Positions 11,651 through 25,213 of a stretch of DNA of 64,000 nt are shown here, piece by piece; the first letter of the stretch is position 1; each line of letters starts with the position of its first letter. The DNA comes from Callorhinchus milii (lineage: Eukaryota): NCBI RefSeq assembly GCF_018977255.1, contig NW_024704742.1:24616001-24680000 (forward strand). The letters run 5' to 3'. The notes under the pieces were generated by a model. That model did not search any database. It was not told where the DNA came from and saw only the letters and a list, made by a program, of their open reading frames with translations. Both the position numbers and the translations under genes were made by a program.

Positions 11651-12275
11651 TTTTTACACCAGTGGAAGCCTGGTAACCCTGATATTTCAGACAACAGGTG
11701 AAGTATGAGTGTGAGCTTCCAAATGACACATTTTCAATTGCAAAAATAAAAGCAGGAAATCAACCCTTTTCTAATTACTAATCACACAAAACTGCATAAA
11801 TTATGTGCCAATCTCACCTAATAAAAGGAGGTAATTTGCAGTGTTTACAACATCACACTGCCATTCTTTATTATCCTGCATTCTTTCAAATAAGCCAGGA
11901 ATGTTGTCCATTTCCCCGGAAAACTCGACCTTAACTCAGTCTCAATACACTCACCCTGTTATATAAGGCATGGCTAATGTTACCATTACAAACATTTCTC
12001 TAGCCAGTGCCCAACTCCACTGATGTTTTCTTTTCCACATTGCCTTTGACTATGCAATACAAAATTACATTTATAATGTACCTTTCACGTTGGGAGGACA
12101 CCTGGAGGACACTATGTTGCGTCAATGTTTAATCTTCCTGCCTTGTTAAAGGTATTTTGACAACTGTATTTGGAGTGGTATATAAAGTGGCCAGGTCAAG
12201 GTAAATGCTGAATCTTCACTCACTGGACAGTGATTCTTTTCTTTGTGAAAATGATCACAGCAGCTCTCACTGTTA

Positions 12276-14243
12276 CCTCACATCCTCAAATATCCTATCC
12301 CTCTGGCCTTCCACCCACAGAGATTCTGAAGCAGCCATCCAGCTGCTCCATGATCGCCTCTCCTCCACCTTCAACTCACTTGTTCCTCTCAAATCCAGGA
12401 CCAGCTCCAAACCCACCCGATCCCCCTGATATAACAATCGTTTCCACTGCCTAAAAACCCAAACCCGGCTGCTCGAGCGCAGATGGCAGAAAACTGGCCT
12501 GACAGTTCACCACCAACTGTGGCTCGGGCATCTCCACAGCTACCGCCGTTCTTTGACACGCGCAAAAACGGCCTTCTACTCCAACTTCATCTTGGAGGCT
12601 AAACACAACCCTAAAATCCTTTTTTCCATCAGCCACTACCTCTCCATGCCCCCCTCAGGCCTTCTCAATCTTCACATCTAATGCCAAGTGCGAGGAGGTC
12701 ATGAACTTCTTTTCAACCAAAATACTTAACAACAACAACAACTTGGATTTATATAGCGCCCTCCACGCCAGATAACGTCTCATCCGCCAGGCAGCCTCAT
12801 CTGTCTGCCTCTTGTCACCCACCACCTATCCGTCCCCCTCACCCCTCACCCTTCCCATCATCAGCTCTTACCACGAACCCCATCCTACATTCCTTCCTCC
12901 CATCTCTCCTTCCTCCCTCTCACCCACCATCACTTCAATGAAACCCACCACCTGCTGCCTCAACCCACTCCCACCAACTTGCTGGTCACCCAGCTCCCCT
13001 TCTTCTGCCCACTACTGGCTAACATCATCAACTAGTCCCTCTCCTCCGGATCAGTCCCTGCCCCCCCTCAAAACTGCTGTCATCACTCCCCTCCTCAAAA
13101 AAACTCTCGCTAGATCCCTCAAACCCCAGCCACTACCGTCCTATTTCAAACTTGCCCTTCCTTGCAAAAGTCCTAGAATGCGTTGTTACCAATCAACTCC
13201 GCGCACACCTCTCCTCCCACTCCCTCTTCGAACCCCTCCAGTCCGGTTTCCGCCCTGCCCACGGTACAGAGACTGTGCTTGTGAAAGTCTCAAATGACAT
13301 CCTCTCTATCTGTGACCAGGGATCCCTCTGCCTCCTTATCCTCCTGGACCTCTCCGCCGCGATCGACACAGTCGATCATGCCATCCTCCTCCACCACCTT
13401 TCCTCCGTCATCCACCTCAGTGGGACCACACTCGCCTGGTCCAATTCCTACCTCATGAACCGCCAGCAGTATATCTGCACAGATGGCTTTTCCTCCCGCT
13501 CTCACCCGGTTACCTGCGGGGTACCCCAAGGATCCATCCTTGGCTCACTCCTCTTCCTAATCTATATGCTCCCTCTTGGGGATGTCATCCGCAGACATGG
13601 GGTACACTTCCACATGTATGCGGATGACACCCAACTCTATTTTTCCACCTTTTGCGACCCCCAGTACCCTGATGTTCTGTCAGCCTGCCTGTCAGACATC
13701 AGGAGCTGCCGTGATGAGGGCGAATTTCCTTCAGCTAAATGTTGACAAGACGGAAGCCATACTCTTTGGCTTATCTGCACCAAACTCCGCTCCCCGATAA
13801 CCCCAGTCCTTGCCAGGCTGCACTGGCTGCCTGTCCCAGAGAGGATCGACTTCAAGATCCTCACTCTTGTCTTCAAATCCCTCCACTCCTCTGCATCCCC
13901 CCTACCTCTCTGACCTCCTCCCTCCTCAAAACGGTGCTCGTTGGCTTCACTCCATGGGGTCTGGCCTCTCCTTGTCTCTTGAATTCTCCGCTTCACCATC
14001 GGCAGCTGTGACTTCAGCCACTACACCCTGAGACTCTGGAACTTGCTTCCTCATTCCCTTTGCCTCGCTCCCTTTATTTCTATTTTCAGGTTTCGACTGA
14101 AGATCTTTCTTTTTGACCGCGCCTTTGGTCACCTTCTTCCCCCTCCCCCTGGCTCGGCCCTGGGATCCGTTACTGTGAAGCGCTCTGAGACGCCCTCCGG
14201 TTTGGAGAGTGCTATATAAATCCAAGTTGTTGTTGTTGTTGTT
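12276..14243 (+). mobile_element. L2 LINE (second family), 5'-truncated and internally deleted, with an antisense L2-tail insert at ~12730-12782
   Basis: LQSGFRPAHGTET, LDLSAA.DTVDH, GVPQGS, YADDTQLY; tail gctatataaatccaa(gtt)n. Confidence 0.92.
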
Positions 14244-15189
14244 CCTCAAATAATCTCTCTCCTATTGGCGCTCACTCACCAAGCTCACTAAAGTTACTGA
14301 ACATCAGAGAATCACTCCGCTGGTGTTCACAGTTTCAAAAAGAAAGTCACAGTTTTATTTTACCATCCGTAATCACTCATTGTCAAGAGTATTTGCACAA
14401 AATTTAGGGCAGACTTTCATATTGTAACAAATTAGAATAAAACATAAATAGTATCTGAAAGATGTATTCTTGATGCTTAACTGTCTGGGTTCAGTCACAT
14501 TAGCACAAAGTTTTCACTTACTAGCTTGGAAATCATGGAAAACTAATACAGCAGTAATTTCACCAACCCACACTAACCTTTCAATTTGGAAAGAAGCAGA
14601 TATTGGAAGGATTCTTTTTGGGGAATTGGAATTGGCCCATTTGCAAAAATGAAAACTTTATAGCTGGAAGAACTTCTACTGCTCTTTGTGTAACACTGTT
14701 GTGTGCAAATGGCTGCTACGTTTCAGCCATAAAATATACAGTATATTCACTTGACAGTGTATTCTGTGAAGTGCTTGAGACATCTCAATGACATGATAAG
14801 GCGCTCTATCAAATGCAAGAATTTTTATGATTATTATTAATTTGAGATGAAAATGTGGGTATATGAAACATATGTAGCACCATCATTTTTCTAAGCACCC
14901 ATCACTTGTGATCCTTGCAGCATTTGAAATGATGATATTCTGTATTGCCAATGCTGTTCAGTACTAAAAAGTCAGAGAAACAAAATGCATTGAATGGAAG
15001 AGCATTCATTTGCCCATAGTGTTTGTGAAATAATAGTTTTATTTCTCTTTGACATGTTCTTCTCACAGTTCCTTTTTCAGCAACAGTAAATGGGATTTCG
15101 CAATTTTTGGCTGCTGAGCTTGCTCTTTAAGTTCCACATTTTTTTCCATCCCCAATCCAGAAGTTCTATCGCCTGGGCCCTTCCCAGCA

Positions 15190-15830
15190 GTGCTCCTATT
15201 CGTATTGTCCTCCAAAATGTCCACGGTCTCTCTAACAAAGCTCTCTCTATCCACGACTTCAACCTGGACGAGCGCATCAATCTCCATGGGCTCACGGAAA
15301 CCTGGCTATCACCCGGTGACCCCCCATTCCCTTCATCAAAGCCTCCCCACCTGGCTGCACTGTCCGCCTCGCCCACTCCCCCCTTGCCCCAAGCACTGTG
15401 GTGGTGGGGTGACCCTCATCTCCCACACCTCCCTTGGTCTATCCTCCTATTCTTCTGGCTCCTTCCCCCCCCTTTATACACCTCTGCCTCCTTGTCTTCC
15501 TGGACTTCTTCCCTGCCTTCGACACAGTTGATTGACCTCTTCCACTGCTTCTCCTTCCTCAGCCTCTCTGTCCCCACCTTCTGGAATTCCATCTCACATT
15601 CCTTTTGCCTCACTCCCTCTGTTGCCTCCTTCAAGACATGCCTCAAGATCCTTCTCTTTGACTGTGCCTTCGGCCACCCCTCTACCCTCTCTGCTCTCCA
15701 GCCTCCCTGATCCCAATCCCTCCCGCCAACCCATTCAGGTTCTAATCCCTAACCCTTGATTATTCAGTACCTTGGGATGTCCTCCTGATGTGAAAGGCAC
15801 TTTATTAATGTACTTTGTATTGTATTGCCT
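15190..15830 (+). mobile_element. Heavily deleted L2 remnant (APE start joined to 3' end)
   Basis: LQNVHGLSNK...LTETWL followed by LWNSI...LFD and L2 tail. Confidence 0.75.
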
Positions 15831-15899
15831 CCGCCTCCGACTGTACCTTACACCTAATGCAGATAAAACCCTCAACCATGCTTTCATGCCCCTGCCCAG

Positions 15900-18800
15900 A
15901 TTTGTGTGATGATATGGGGACCCACGATATTGGTAAGAAGAGGGCTGAGATGCTCCAGGGCGAGTATCAAAAGCTGGGGAGCAAACTCAAGTCCAGAACA
16001 TCCAAGGTGGTGATCTCTGGGTTACTCCCGGTACCTCGGGCAACAAAGCACCATAATGAAAGGATCAGGTGCATGAATGATTGGCTGGAGAAATGGTCTG
16101 GAAAAGAAGGTTTCTGTTTTCTGGACAATTGGGACCACTCCTGGGGGAGGTGGGATCTTTACCTTAGGATGGGCGGCACTTAAGCAAGGCAGGGGTGAGC
16201 TTCCTTGCCAAGAGATTATCAAATGCTGTAGGGGCGGATTTAAACTAGTGTCAAGGGGGTAATGGGTATCCAAGGATAAACAATGGATTAGAGATTAGAG
16301 GAAAAAGACAAGTGGGAAGTGTAGAGCAGGTACAAGTGGACAATTTCCTCAAATGCATGTACCTAAATGCACGTAGCTTAGGGAATAAGGTTGATGAGCT
16401 GCAGGTTCAACTGGCCGTAGGGGGTTACGATGTGGTGGCAGTAACCGAGACATGGCTCAAGCCAGGACAGGAATGGGAGTTAAATATTCCAGGATATAAT
16501 GTGTTCAGGAAGGATAGAGAAGGAAGAAAAGGAGGAGGGGTGGCAATATCAGTTAAGGATACAATTATAGCTGTAGAAAGGAACAGGGCTCTGGAGGGCC
16601 CGACAATAGAATCCATCTGGTTAGAGCTGAGAAATAAGAAAGGAGTGGTTACACTGATAGGGGTTTACTATAGACCACCAGACAGCAGGAAGGAGATAGA
16701 GGAGCAGATCTGCAACCAGATCGCGGATAGATGTAAGGCGAACAGAGTTGTGATAATGGGGGATTTCAATTATCCCAATATAGACTGGCAAAATAGCAGC
16801 GCTAAGGGCAAGGCAGGAGAAAGATTCATAGACTGTGTACAGGAAAATTTTCTTGAGCAGTATGTCTCCAGTCCTACGAGGAAGGAAGCATTGCTGGATC
16901 TAGTCCTGGGGAATGAAATAGGTCAGGTTGAACAGGTTTCGGTAGGGATGGGCTAAAAAGGGACCTAGAGTTGGCGGACTGGCAAGTAAGACTAGCAGGT
17001 AAAACAACTCATGAGCAATGGGAGATCTTCAAAGATATGATAGCTCAAGGTCTAAATAGATATATTCCCACAAAAGGGAAATGTGCGACAACCAAGCCAG
17101 CCTGGATGACCAGGGATATTCTGTCTAGGATGAAAAAGAAGAAGACGGCGTACGACAATTGGAAGACGCAAGATACTGAGGATAGCAAAGCGCATTATAG
17201 AGAATGCAGGAGTGATCTTAAAAGAGTGATAAGACAGGCTAAAAGATCGCATTAGAAGAGGTTAGCGGGTAACATAAAGGGGAATCCTAAAATATTTTAC
17301 AAGCACATAAAGGAAAAAAGGTTAGTTAAAGGTAGGGATGGCAATCTTGTTGTGGAGGTAGAGGACATGGCTGATGTACTGAACGAGTACTTTGCATCTG
17401 TCTTCACAACGGAAACGGATGCCCCAAATGCCGCAGTATTGGATGAGAGGGTAGAGGAAATAGATCAGATTACTATAGACAGAGAGGAAGTTCTGAAAAG
17501 ATTGACTGGGCTCAAAATTGATAAGTCACCAGGACCAGATGGGTTTCACCCAAGGTTGCTGTGGGAGATACGGGTTCAAATAGCGGAGGCTTTGGCCATT
17601 ATATTTCAATCTTCATTGGACACAGGAGTGGTGCCAAGAGACTGGAGAGTGGCTAATGTTACCCCCTCTACAAAAAGGGGCAGAAAGACAAACCCGGAAA
17701 TTACAGGCCAGTCAGCCTAACTTCGGTAATAGGAAAACTACTGGAGACCGTAATCCGGGACAAAATAAATCTCTACTTAGAGGAACACGAGGTAATTAGA
17801 GACAGCCAACATGGATTTGTTAAAGGCAAATCTTGCCTAACAAATCTAATAGAATTTTTTGAAGAGGTGACTGCGAGGGTTGATGAGGGAAATGCGGTGG
17901 ACGTTATTTACATGGATTTCAAAAAGGCTTTTGACACAGTACCGCATAAGAGATTAATAAAAAATTAGAGGCCCACGGTATTAAGGGGACAGTGGCAGTT
18001 TGGATTAAGAACTGGCTGAGTGACAGAAAGCAGAGGGTGGTGGTTAATGGGTGTTTCTCGAAATGGAAGGAGGTGTGCAGTGGTGTCCCCCAGGGATCGG
18101 TATTGGGACCACTGCTCTTTCTAATATATATTAATGATCTGGACTTGGGCATAGAGAGCACTATTTCCAAGTTTGCAGATGATACAAAGTTAGGTAGGGT
18201 AGTAAATAGTGAGGAGGACTGTAACCAACTGCAAGCAGACATACACAGAATGGTGGAATAGGCTGACATGTGGCAGATGGATTTCAATGTGGATAAGTGT
18301 GAGGTGATACACTTAGGTAGGAAAAATGATAGGAGGCAATTTAAGACTTAGTAGCTCAATCTTAAGGGGGTCGAATGTACAGAGAGATCTGGGTGTTCAA
18401 GTAAGCGAATCATTAAAGGTAGCGGGGCAAACAGATAAGGCAGTAAAAAAGGCATTTGATGTACTGAACTTTATTAGTAGGGGCATAGAGTATAAGAGTA
18501 GGGAGGTTATGGTTAATCTATACACTGGTTAGGCCTCAGCTGGAGCACTGCGTCCAGTTCTGGGCATCTTACTTCAGGAAGGACATTAAGGCACTGGAAA
18601 GGGTGCAGAGGAGATTCACGAGAATGATAGGACTTTTCCCATTAGAGGAGAGAAGGTTACGCGGGGACCTGACAGAGGTCTTCAAGATCATGAAAGGTTT
18701 CGACAGGCTCGATAAGGAAAAGCTGTTTCCGCTGGTAGGTGTGTCTGTGATCCGTGGTCACAGTCTTAAGATATCTACCAAAAGAAGCAGAGGGGAGGTT

Positions 18801-19052
18801 AGAAGAAATGTTTTCACTCAGCGAGTTGTTCGAATTTGGAATGATCTGCCTGAAAGGGCAGTGAAGTCCGATTCGATAACAGCTTTTAAGAGAGAACTGG
18901 ATAGGTATCTGGGGACGACGGGTTTGCAGGGTTATGGGGAGAAAGCTGGTGATTGGGGTTAATGAAAGTGACTTGCTCTGTCAAAGAGCCGGCACAGACT
19001 CGATGGGCCGAATGGCCTCCTTCTGTGCCGTAACATTCTATGAATCTATGAA
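15900..19052 (+). mobile_element. CR1 LINE with partial ORF1 (SGNH esterase-like) and degenerate ORF2
   Basis: GTHDIG...VVISGLLPVP; YLNARSL, VTETW, MGDFNYP, KSPGPDG, GVPQGSVLGP, KFADDTKL; tail gggccgaatggcctccttctg and short tctatga repeats. Confidence 0.94.
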
Positions 19053-19079
19053 TATACATTATTCGTATATACAATATAC

Positions 19080-19406
19080 GTGAAGTCCTGTAGCTCAGTG
19101 GTTAGAGCATTCGCTTTGCAAGCGAGAGACCTGAGTTCAATTCCAGGCAGAGGGCGAAACCTTGGGCAAGTTTCCTTACTCCACACATCTAATAATAATC
19201 CCTCCAAAACCGAAAACAATAATAAATTGGTCATTTTCAATCTACGAATGTTTGTGGGACATTGCTGTGCGCAATTGGCTGCCGCGTTCGCCCACAAATA
19301 TACAGTCAATTCACTTTACAGTGTGTTCTGTGAAGCGCTTTGGGACGTCCTCCCGACGTGAAAAGCGCTATATCAAATGCAAGGATTATTATTATTATTA
19401 TTATTA
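19080..19406 (+). mobile_element. Full-length tRNA-derived Deu-type SINE
   Basis: Clean head, core and tail with hairpin acgtcctcccgacgt. Confidence 0.9.
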
Positions 19407-19704
19407 CTTCTCTAACCCTCTAGATCTCTGCTTAGGGACCAACTTTATGGTAGTGGAGATCAGCATCTAAGGGGAGTTATTGAGGTGGAGCCTGCAACAC
19501 ATCTGGGATTTGCTGTTTACTTAATCTTTTGTGATTCTCATAAATTTGATCCCATTGAGTTTGTGCTGCCGATGTTCTCCAGTCCAGGTCACTACATACT
19601 GATTGCTATTGATCAACTTTTGTTATACATGAGAGTCTGTTCCTCTGTCTCATGTTTGTCAAAACTGTCAAACGTTGACAATTATTATTGGTCTATTATT
19701 ACAA

Positions 19705-21135
19705 AGAATTACATAGATTTACAAAGAATGTACAGCACGGAAACAAGCCATTCGGCCTAACCGTGTCGGTGTTTATACTTCACGCAAGTCTTCATCCTTT
19801 CCTTATTCTCTCCCGTACCCTTCTATTAACCTCTCCCTCATGTAAAAGTCTAGCTTCCTCTTGAATGCATCTATACTATCTGATTCAAATACTGCTTCAG
19901 GCAATGATTTCCACAATCTCCCTACTCTCTGCGTAAAGTAGTTCCTCCTAAATTCTCTTTTAGATCCCCAATCGCTATCTTGCACTTGTGTCCCCTGGTT
20001 ACCGACTCCCCAACCAGTGGAAACATCCTAGTTATTCTAAAATATTGACTATTTTTATAATTGTAAACAATTGTATTATGTTCCCCCCTTAAACGTCTCT
20101 TCTCTAGTAAAAAAAAAGGCCTAATCTATCCAGTCTATCCTGATAGCAGTAACCTGACAACCCTGGTCTCATCCTAATAAACCTACACTGTGCTTGTTCC
20201 ATCGTTGTTATATCCTTCTTATACTATGGAGACTAGAATTGTACACAAAACTCCAAATGTGGTCTAACCAAGATTTTGTATAAATTCAACATGGAGGGCG
20301 CTATATAAATCCAAGTTGTTGTTGTTGTAGCTTCTTTACTTTTCCTTCCAAAGTGAATTTTCCAACATTAAACTTCATTTGCCATGTATCTGCCCATTCT
20401 GCTAGCCTACTTATGTCCTTATGCATTCTTCTGCAATTCCCTTCTCCCATGCTCTCCAATTCGGTGTCATCTGCAAATTTCTGCACCGCACCTCTTATAC
20501 AAAGCTCTCCATGGCTCGTCCCACCCTACCTCTGCGACCTCCTAACCCCCTACCAATCTGCCCGTTCTCTCCGCTCAGCCGGCTCTGGCCTGCTCCATGT
20601 CCCCCGACCCACCAGCCCCACCATTGGCGGGAGAGCCTTCAGCCACTCTGCCCCCAACCTCTGGAATTCCATCCCCCAGTCATTCCACCTCACCCCCTCC
20701 TTAGCCTCCTTCAAGTCCTGCTTCAAGAACCTCCTCTTCGACCATGCCATCGGCCACCCCCCTTCCCTTCCCTTCCCTTCCCTTCCCTTCTCCCCCCCAA
20801 CCCCAGCTCAGGTCTGAAATATTGTACTCTGTCCAGCGCCTTGGGACGTTCTCCCGACATGTGATCTTGTTGTTGTTGTTGTTGTTGTTGTTGTATAGCT
20901 GAATCCAAATAATTTATGCATATGTTGAGCAGTAGAGGTCCTAACACTGATCTCTGTAGAACACTATTTCCTACCTCTTGCAGCCTGAGAAGATATCCTT
21001 AACTCCTACCCTTTGCTTTCGGTTTCCTAATCATTCTTTAATTATTTCTGCTACTTTTTGCACAAATCAGCATTTTAGTCATGAGCATCTTATGTGGAAC
21101 TTTATCAAAAGCCTTCTGGAAATCCAGATACATTT
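19705..21135 (-). mobile_element. Old CR1 3' fragment interrupted by L2 pieces (~20293-20328 minus; ~20503-20895 plus)
   Basis: FTQRVGRLW, KFADDT, WQMKFNVGK, LGPLLLNICIN remnants; L2 LWNSIP segment and (ttg)n tail inside. Confidence 0.8.
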
Positions 21136-22464
21136 CAGTAAAACTCACATAAGTTGTATGAGTTGGGATCATAATTTTTAATATGACTGATGCAGAGTAT
21201 CTATCAGTTATGACAAACTTGTATAAGTCGTATCAAATATGATTTATGTAAAGTTTTGTATAAGTCAGATTCTATATGACTAATACATGCCAAATACACA
21301 AGAACTGTACTGTGACGTTACTGGTGACATTAAGGCAAGGTTTGTGTGCCATGTTTAACACATGAAAAATGGATGGGCTGCAGCTTGCCAAAGGTGAAGC
21401 AGAAAGAGATCTTGTGGTGTTTTCAACGCTCACCACATGAAAAGCCAGAACAATACTTTTTGATTCACCAAAACAGCAGAAAAAGTGGGCAAAGATTTAA
21501 AGTTATAAAGGGTAATTCAGGACAGACACCACTATATGTGGAGTCCTATAGCTCAGAACCACTTAGCTCACAAGCGAGAGAATTAATGCAGACCCAGCCT
21601 TTATATTTGAAAACCCAATGTGTTCCTTAAGCACAGATGGGGGAAACAGATCATTGCTATATAAATAACAATAGCAGACGTCAGGTGCTTTGCCTGAATG
21701 CATGACAAAGACTCGGTAGGTGGAAGTTCCGCACTCATGGCCTCTGAGTTACTTAACATTTTTATTGTGATATTATTTCATACTTCCTATTAGCTGTTTC
21801 TCTTCTCTCTTGCTGTTTCACTTCTCTCTTCCTCTTTCACTTCTGCTAGAATTGAAAAGAATGATAGTCTTTGTCCAGGAAACTGCAGGCCAGTCATCTT
21901 AACATCACTTGTGCAAGCTGTCAGAATCTATAACAATAAAGGTTTAAGTAACCCGTCACTTGGAAAAGGAGAACATAATTTACAAAAGGAAGGTTATGTT
22001 TGATCAACCTTAATGAATTCTTTGAAGATTTAATCGATATAGGCTTTATTGAATCCAGTAGCCATATGTGGTAGAAAGCTAACTTGCTTTGTTCTTGAGA
22101 CTTGCACTCACTTGAGACGCACTTGCACTGTTCTCTGTTGAGTCTGAATGTTCTTTACATTTTGTGAAGCACAAATGTACGAGTGACCCAGTGATGATTC
22201 TCTCTCTAATTCTCATCTCTTACCTCAGCTTCCCATATAGCAGTGGTGGTCAACCCTGCAGGTTGGCCTAGAGACCCATGTTTCGACCATCCTGGACAGA
22301 GATGTGCAGCTGGCTTGTCATTCAGTGGCCATAAATCAAGAAATATTCAATCAAGAACAATTTATTTAATTGGCCGACCATAAAGATTGGCCATATAGAA
22401 TACTTATAGGATATAGGATGCCATATAGGACGCGTGTGTGAATGGGCAAAGCAATTTATAAGGC

Positions 22465-23800
22465 TATAATAATGATCCTTACATTTGCTATAGTGCCTTG
22501 CAAGAGGACATTTCAAAGCGCTCCACAGGATATCATATAAAGTGGAGTGACTCTGTATTTTGTAGGTGAATACAACAGCAATTGTGCACAGCAATGTCCT
22601 ACAAATAACCATGACGTGAATGGCCAATTTCATTTGTGGAATTGGTGGGGAATTAAAAGGAGAAACTTCCTTTTTTTGAGTAGAGTCATGGGATCTTTAA
22701 TGACCATGCGTTCACATGGGAGCTCAGTTTAATGTCTCATTTAAAAGACACCATCTCGAACAATGCAGCACAACCCTAGCATGACATTGGAGTGTCATCT
22801 TAGACTATATGAGTTCCAAGTCCCGACGTAGGGCTATTGCACAAAATTCTTTGCTACCATCTGAGTTATACAATACAATACAAAATTACATTTGTGTAGC
22901 GCCTTTCACATCGGGAGATGTACCAAGGTGCTGGACAGTCAGGGATTTGGACCTGAGCGGGGGGGTTGGGATCAGGGAGGGTGGAGGACAGGGAGGGTCG
23001 AAGGGTGGCCGAAGGCGCGATCAAAGATGATGATCTTGAGATGTGCCTTGAACAACAACACAACAAAATTACATTTATAGAGTGCCTTTCATGTTGGGGG
23101 GAAGTCCCAAAGCGCTGGGACTGGGATGAAGGAGGCAAGGAAGGGAGCAAGGTGAAAGGAATGCGGAATGGAGTTCCATAAGGTGGCGGCAGAGAGGCTG
23201 AAGGCCCAACCGCCAATGGTGGGGTGGCACGGGTGGTGGACGTGGAGCAGGCCAGAGCGGACAAGTTGATAGGGGGTCAGCAGGTCACAGAGGTAGGAAG
23301 GAGCAAGCCCGTGGAGGGCCTTGATGGCGAGAACAAGGATTTTGAACTCTGGGAGATGGGGAGCAAGTGGATCCGGGCAAAGGTGGGGGTAATAGGGTCA
23401 TGGAGCCTGGTGCATGAGAGGACATGAGCTGCAGAGTTCTGGATGATCTGTGGAGGGAAGAGGTGGAAAACCACCACCATCAACAACAACAAGATTACAT
23501 TTATATAGCACCTTTCACATCGGGAGGATGTCCTAAGGCGCCGGACAGTGAACAACAAGCAGGGAGTTGGCGTAGTCGAGCCTAGATGTGATGAACGGTG
23601 TGATGAGGGTTTCGGCGGCCTAAGGGGTGGGTCAGTGGTAGAGTCGGGCAATGTTGCAGAGGTGGGGGAAGGCAGAGCGGGTCATGGCACGGATGTTGAG
23701 TGTCAAACAAAACGCTTAGGTTCCGGATTGGCTCAGTGAGGTGGAGTGAGCATCTATGGATGGTAATGCTATCATGGCCTGAGGTGTGGAGGCGCATGAT
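22465..23800 (-). mobile_element. Cluster: old Deu-type SINE (~22465-22865) followed by fragmented L2 3' pieces
   Basis: Deu core on minus strand; IQNSAAHVLSCTRL, ARIHLLP remnants; several L2 tails. Confidence 0.75.
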
Positions 23801-24665
23801 TATTTCACTGACAATCAGACATAATAACAATCCTTGTATTTGATATAGTGCCATATCACGTTGTTCGGATATCTCAAAGCGCCCCACTGGATTTTACTAA
23901 GTAAAGTAAAATTTTACTGTACAGTGACTGTATATTTACAGGCAAATGCAATAGCCAATTTGTTCACAGCAATATCCCACAAACAGCCGTGGACTAAATG
24001 ACCAAGTTTGGGGGTTTCTCTACCTCTTCAATACTAACTGATGAGCCAAGCTTTTTTATTTTGGCCAGCCAGGTGACTGACACATTTAAGAATATCCAAA
24101 CTAAACTGAGGGGCTTTGGTAAATAGACATTATTTTGTGATGGACAGCATAGGATGAAAAATATGGAAGATTCATGTCACATTTAATGGCATCGCACTGA
24201 ATGTGGATGACACTGGCCGGAGCTGGATTTGTTGCCCAAGCCTGGTTGCCTTGAGAAGATGGTGGTGAAGCTTTCTCTATAAACTGCTGTTGACCCTGCA
24301 GCCATGGTGCTCCTGCAATGTTATTGAGTGGAGAAGCTTAATGCCAATCAAATTGCACACTGCGTCAAGTAGCGAGAAGCAAGATGAACCAGTCACGGAA
24401 TGAATTGGGGAAGTGGCATGGAGCAATACGAGTAAGCTCATAGACTCTTAGAGAAACAATGTGGCAAGAAAGGCTGCATCCGGCCAGAGTTAAATAGATT
24501 TGCTTGCAGTAATATATAACCAACCTTACCAAACCATCTACTTCAATTCATGAAGTTGACATGCAGCTGTTACTTTATGATGACACACCAAAACTTGTAT
24601 GATCCACCTCCCTTGCCATAATAATAACCCTTGCATTTGATACAGTGTCTTATCACATCATCGAG

Positions 24666-25213
24666 ACAACAACAACAACAACAAGATTCCATTTATAAAG
24701 CGCCTTTCACGTCAGGAGGACGTCCCAAGGCGCTGCACAGTTGGGTCATGACCCGAGCAGGGGGGAAATGGTCAGGGTGAGGGGAGGGAAGGGAGGGAGA
24801 GAGGAGGGGGGAAATGGTCAGGGTGAGGGGAGGGAAGGGAGGGAGCGAGGAGGGGGAAGAGAGTCGAGAGGGGAGCTGAAGGCACGGTCAAAGAGAAAGG
24901 TTTTGAGACCGGCCTTGAAGGAGGAAAGGGAGGAAGCGGCGAAGGCACTGGGGGATGGAGTTCCAGAGCCTGGGGGCTGAGAGGCTGAAGGCCCGACCAC
25001 TGATGGTAGGGCGGTTGGCGCGGGGGACATGGAGCAGACCGGAGCCAGAGGAACGGAGGGTACGGGCAGGTAGGTAGGGGGATAGTAGGTTGGAGAGGTA
25101 GGAGGGAGCGAGGCCGTGAATGGCCTTGTAGGTGAGGATGAGGATCTTGAAATCAATCCTCTGGGGGATGGGGAGCCAGTGGAGGCGAGCGAGGGTGGGA
25201 GTGATGTGGTCCC
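24666..25213 (-). mobile_element. Young 5'-truncated L2
   Basis: Near-identical to 58094-58611 and 61402-62097; (caa)n tail. Confidence 0.92.

Noticed and set aside
16312..18962. Active or domesticated reverse transcriptase
   Set aside because: ORF2 is broken by several frameshifts, stops and deletions; no intact LINE ORF2 is present in the window.
22240..22294. hAT-like mini element (cagtggtggtcaacc...gtttcgaccatcctg)
   Set aside because: Terminal repeats are imperfect and very short and no 8-bp TSD is evident.
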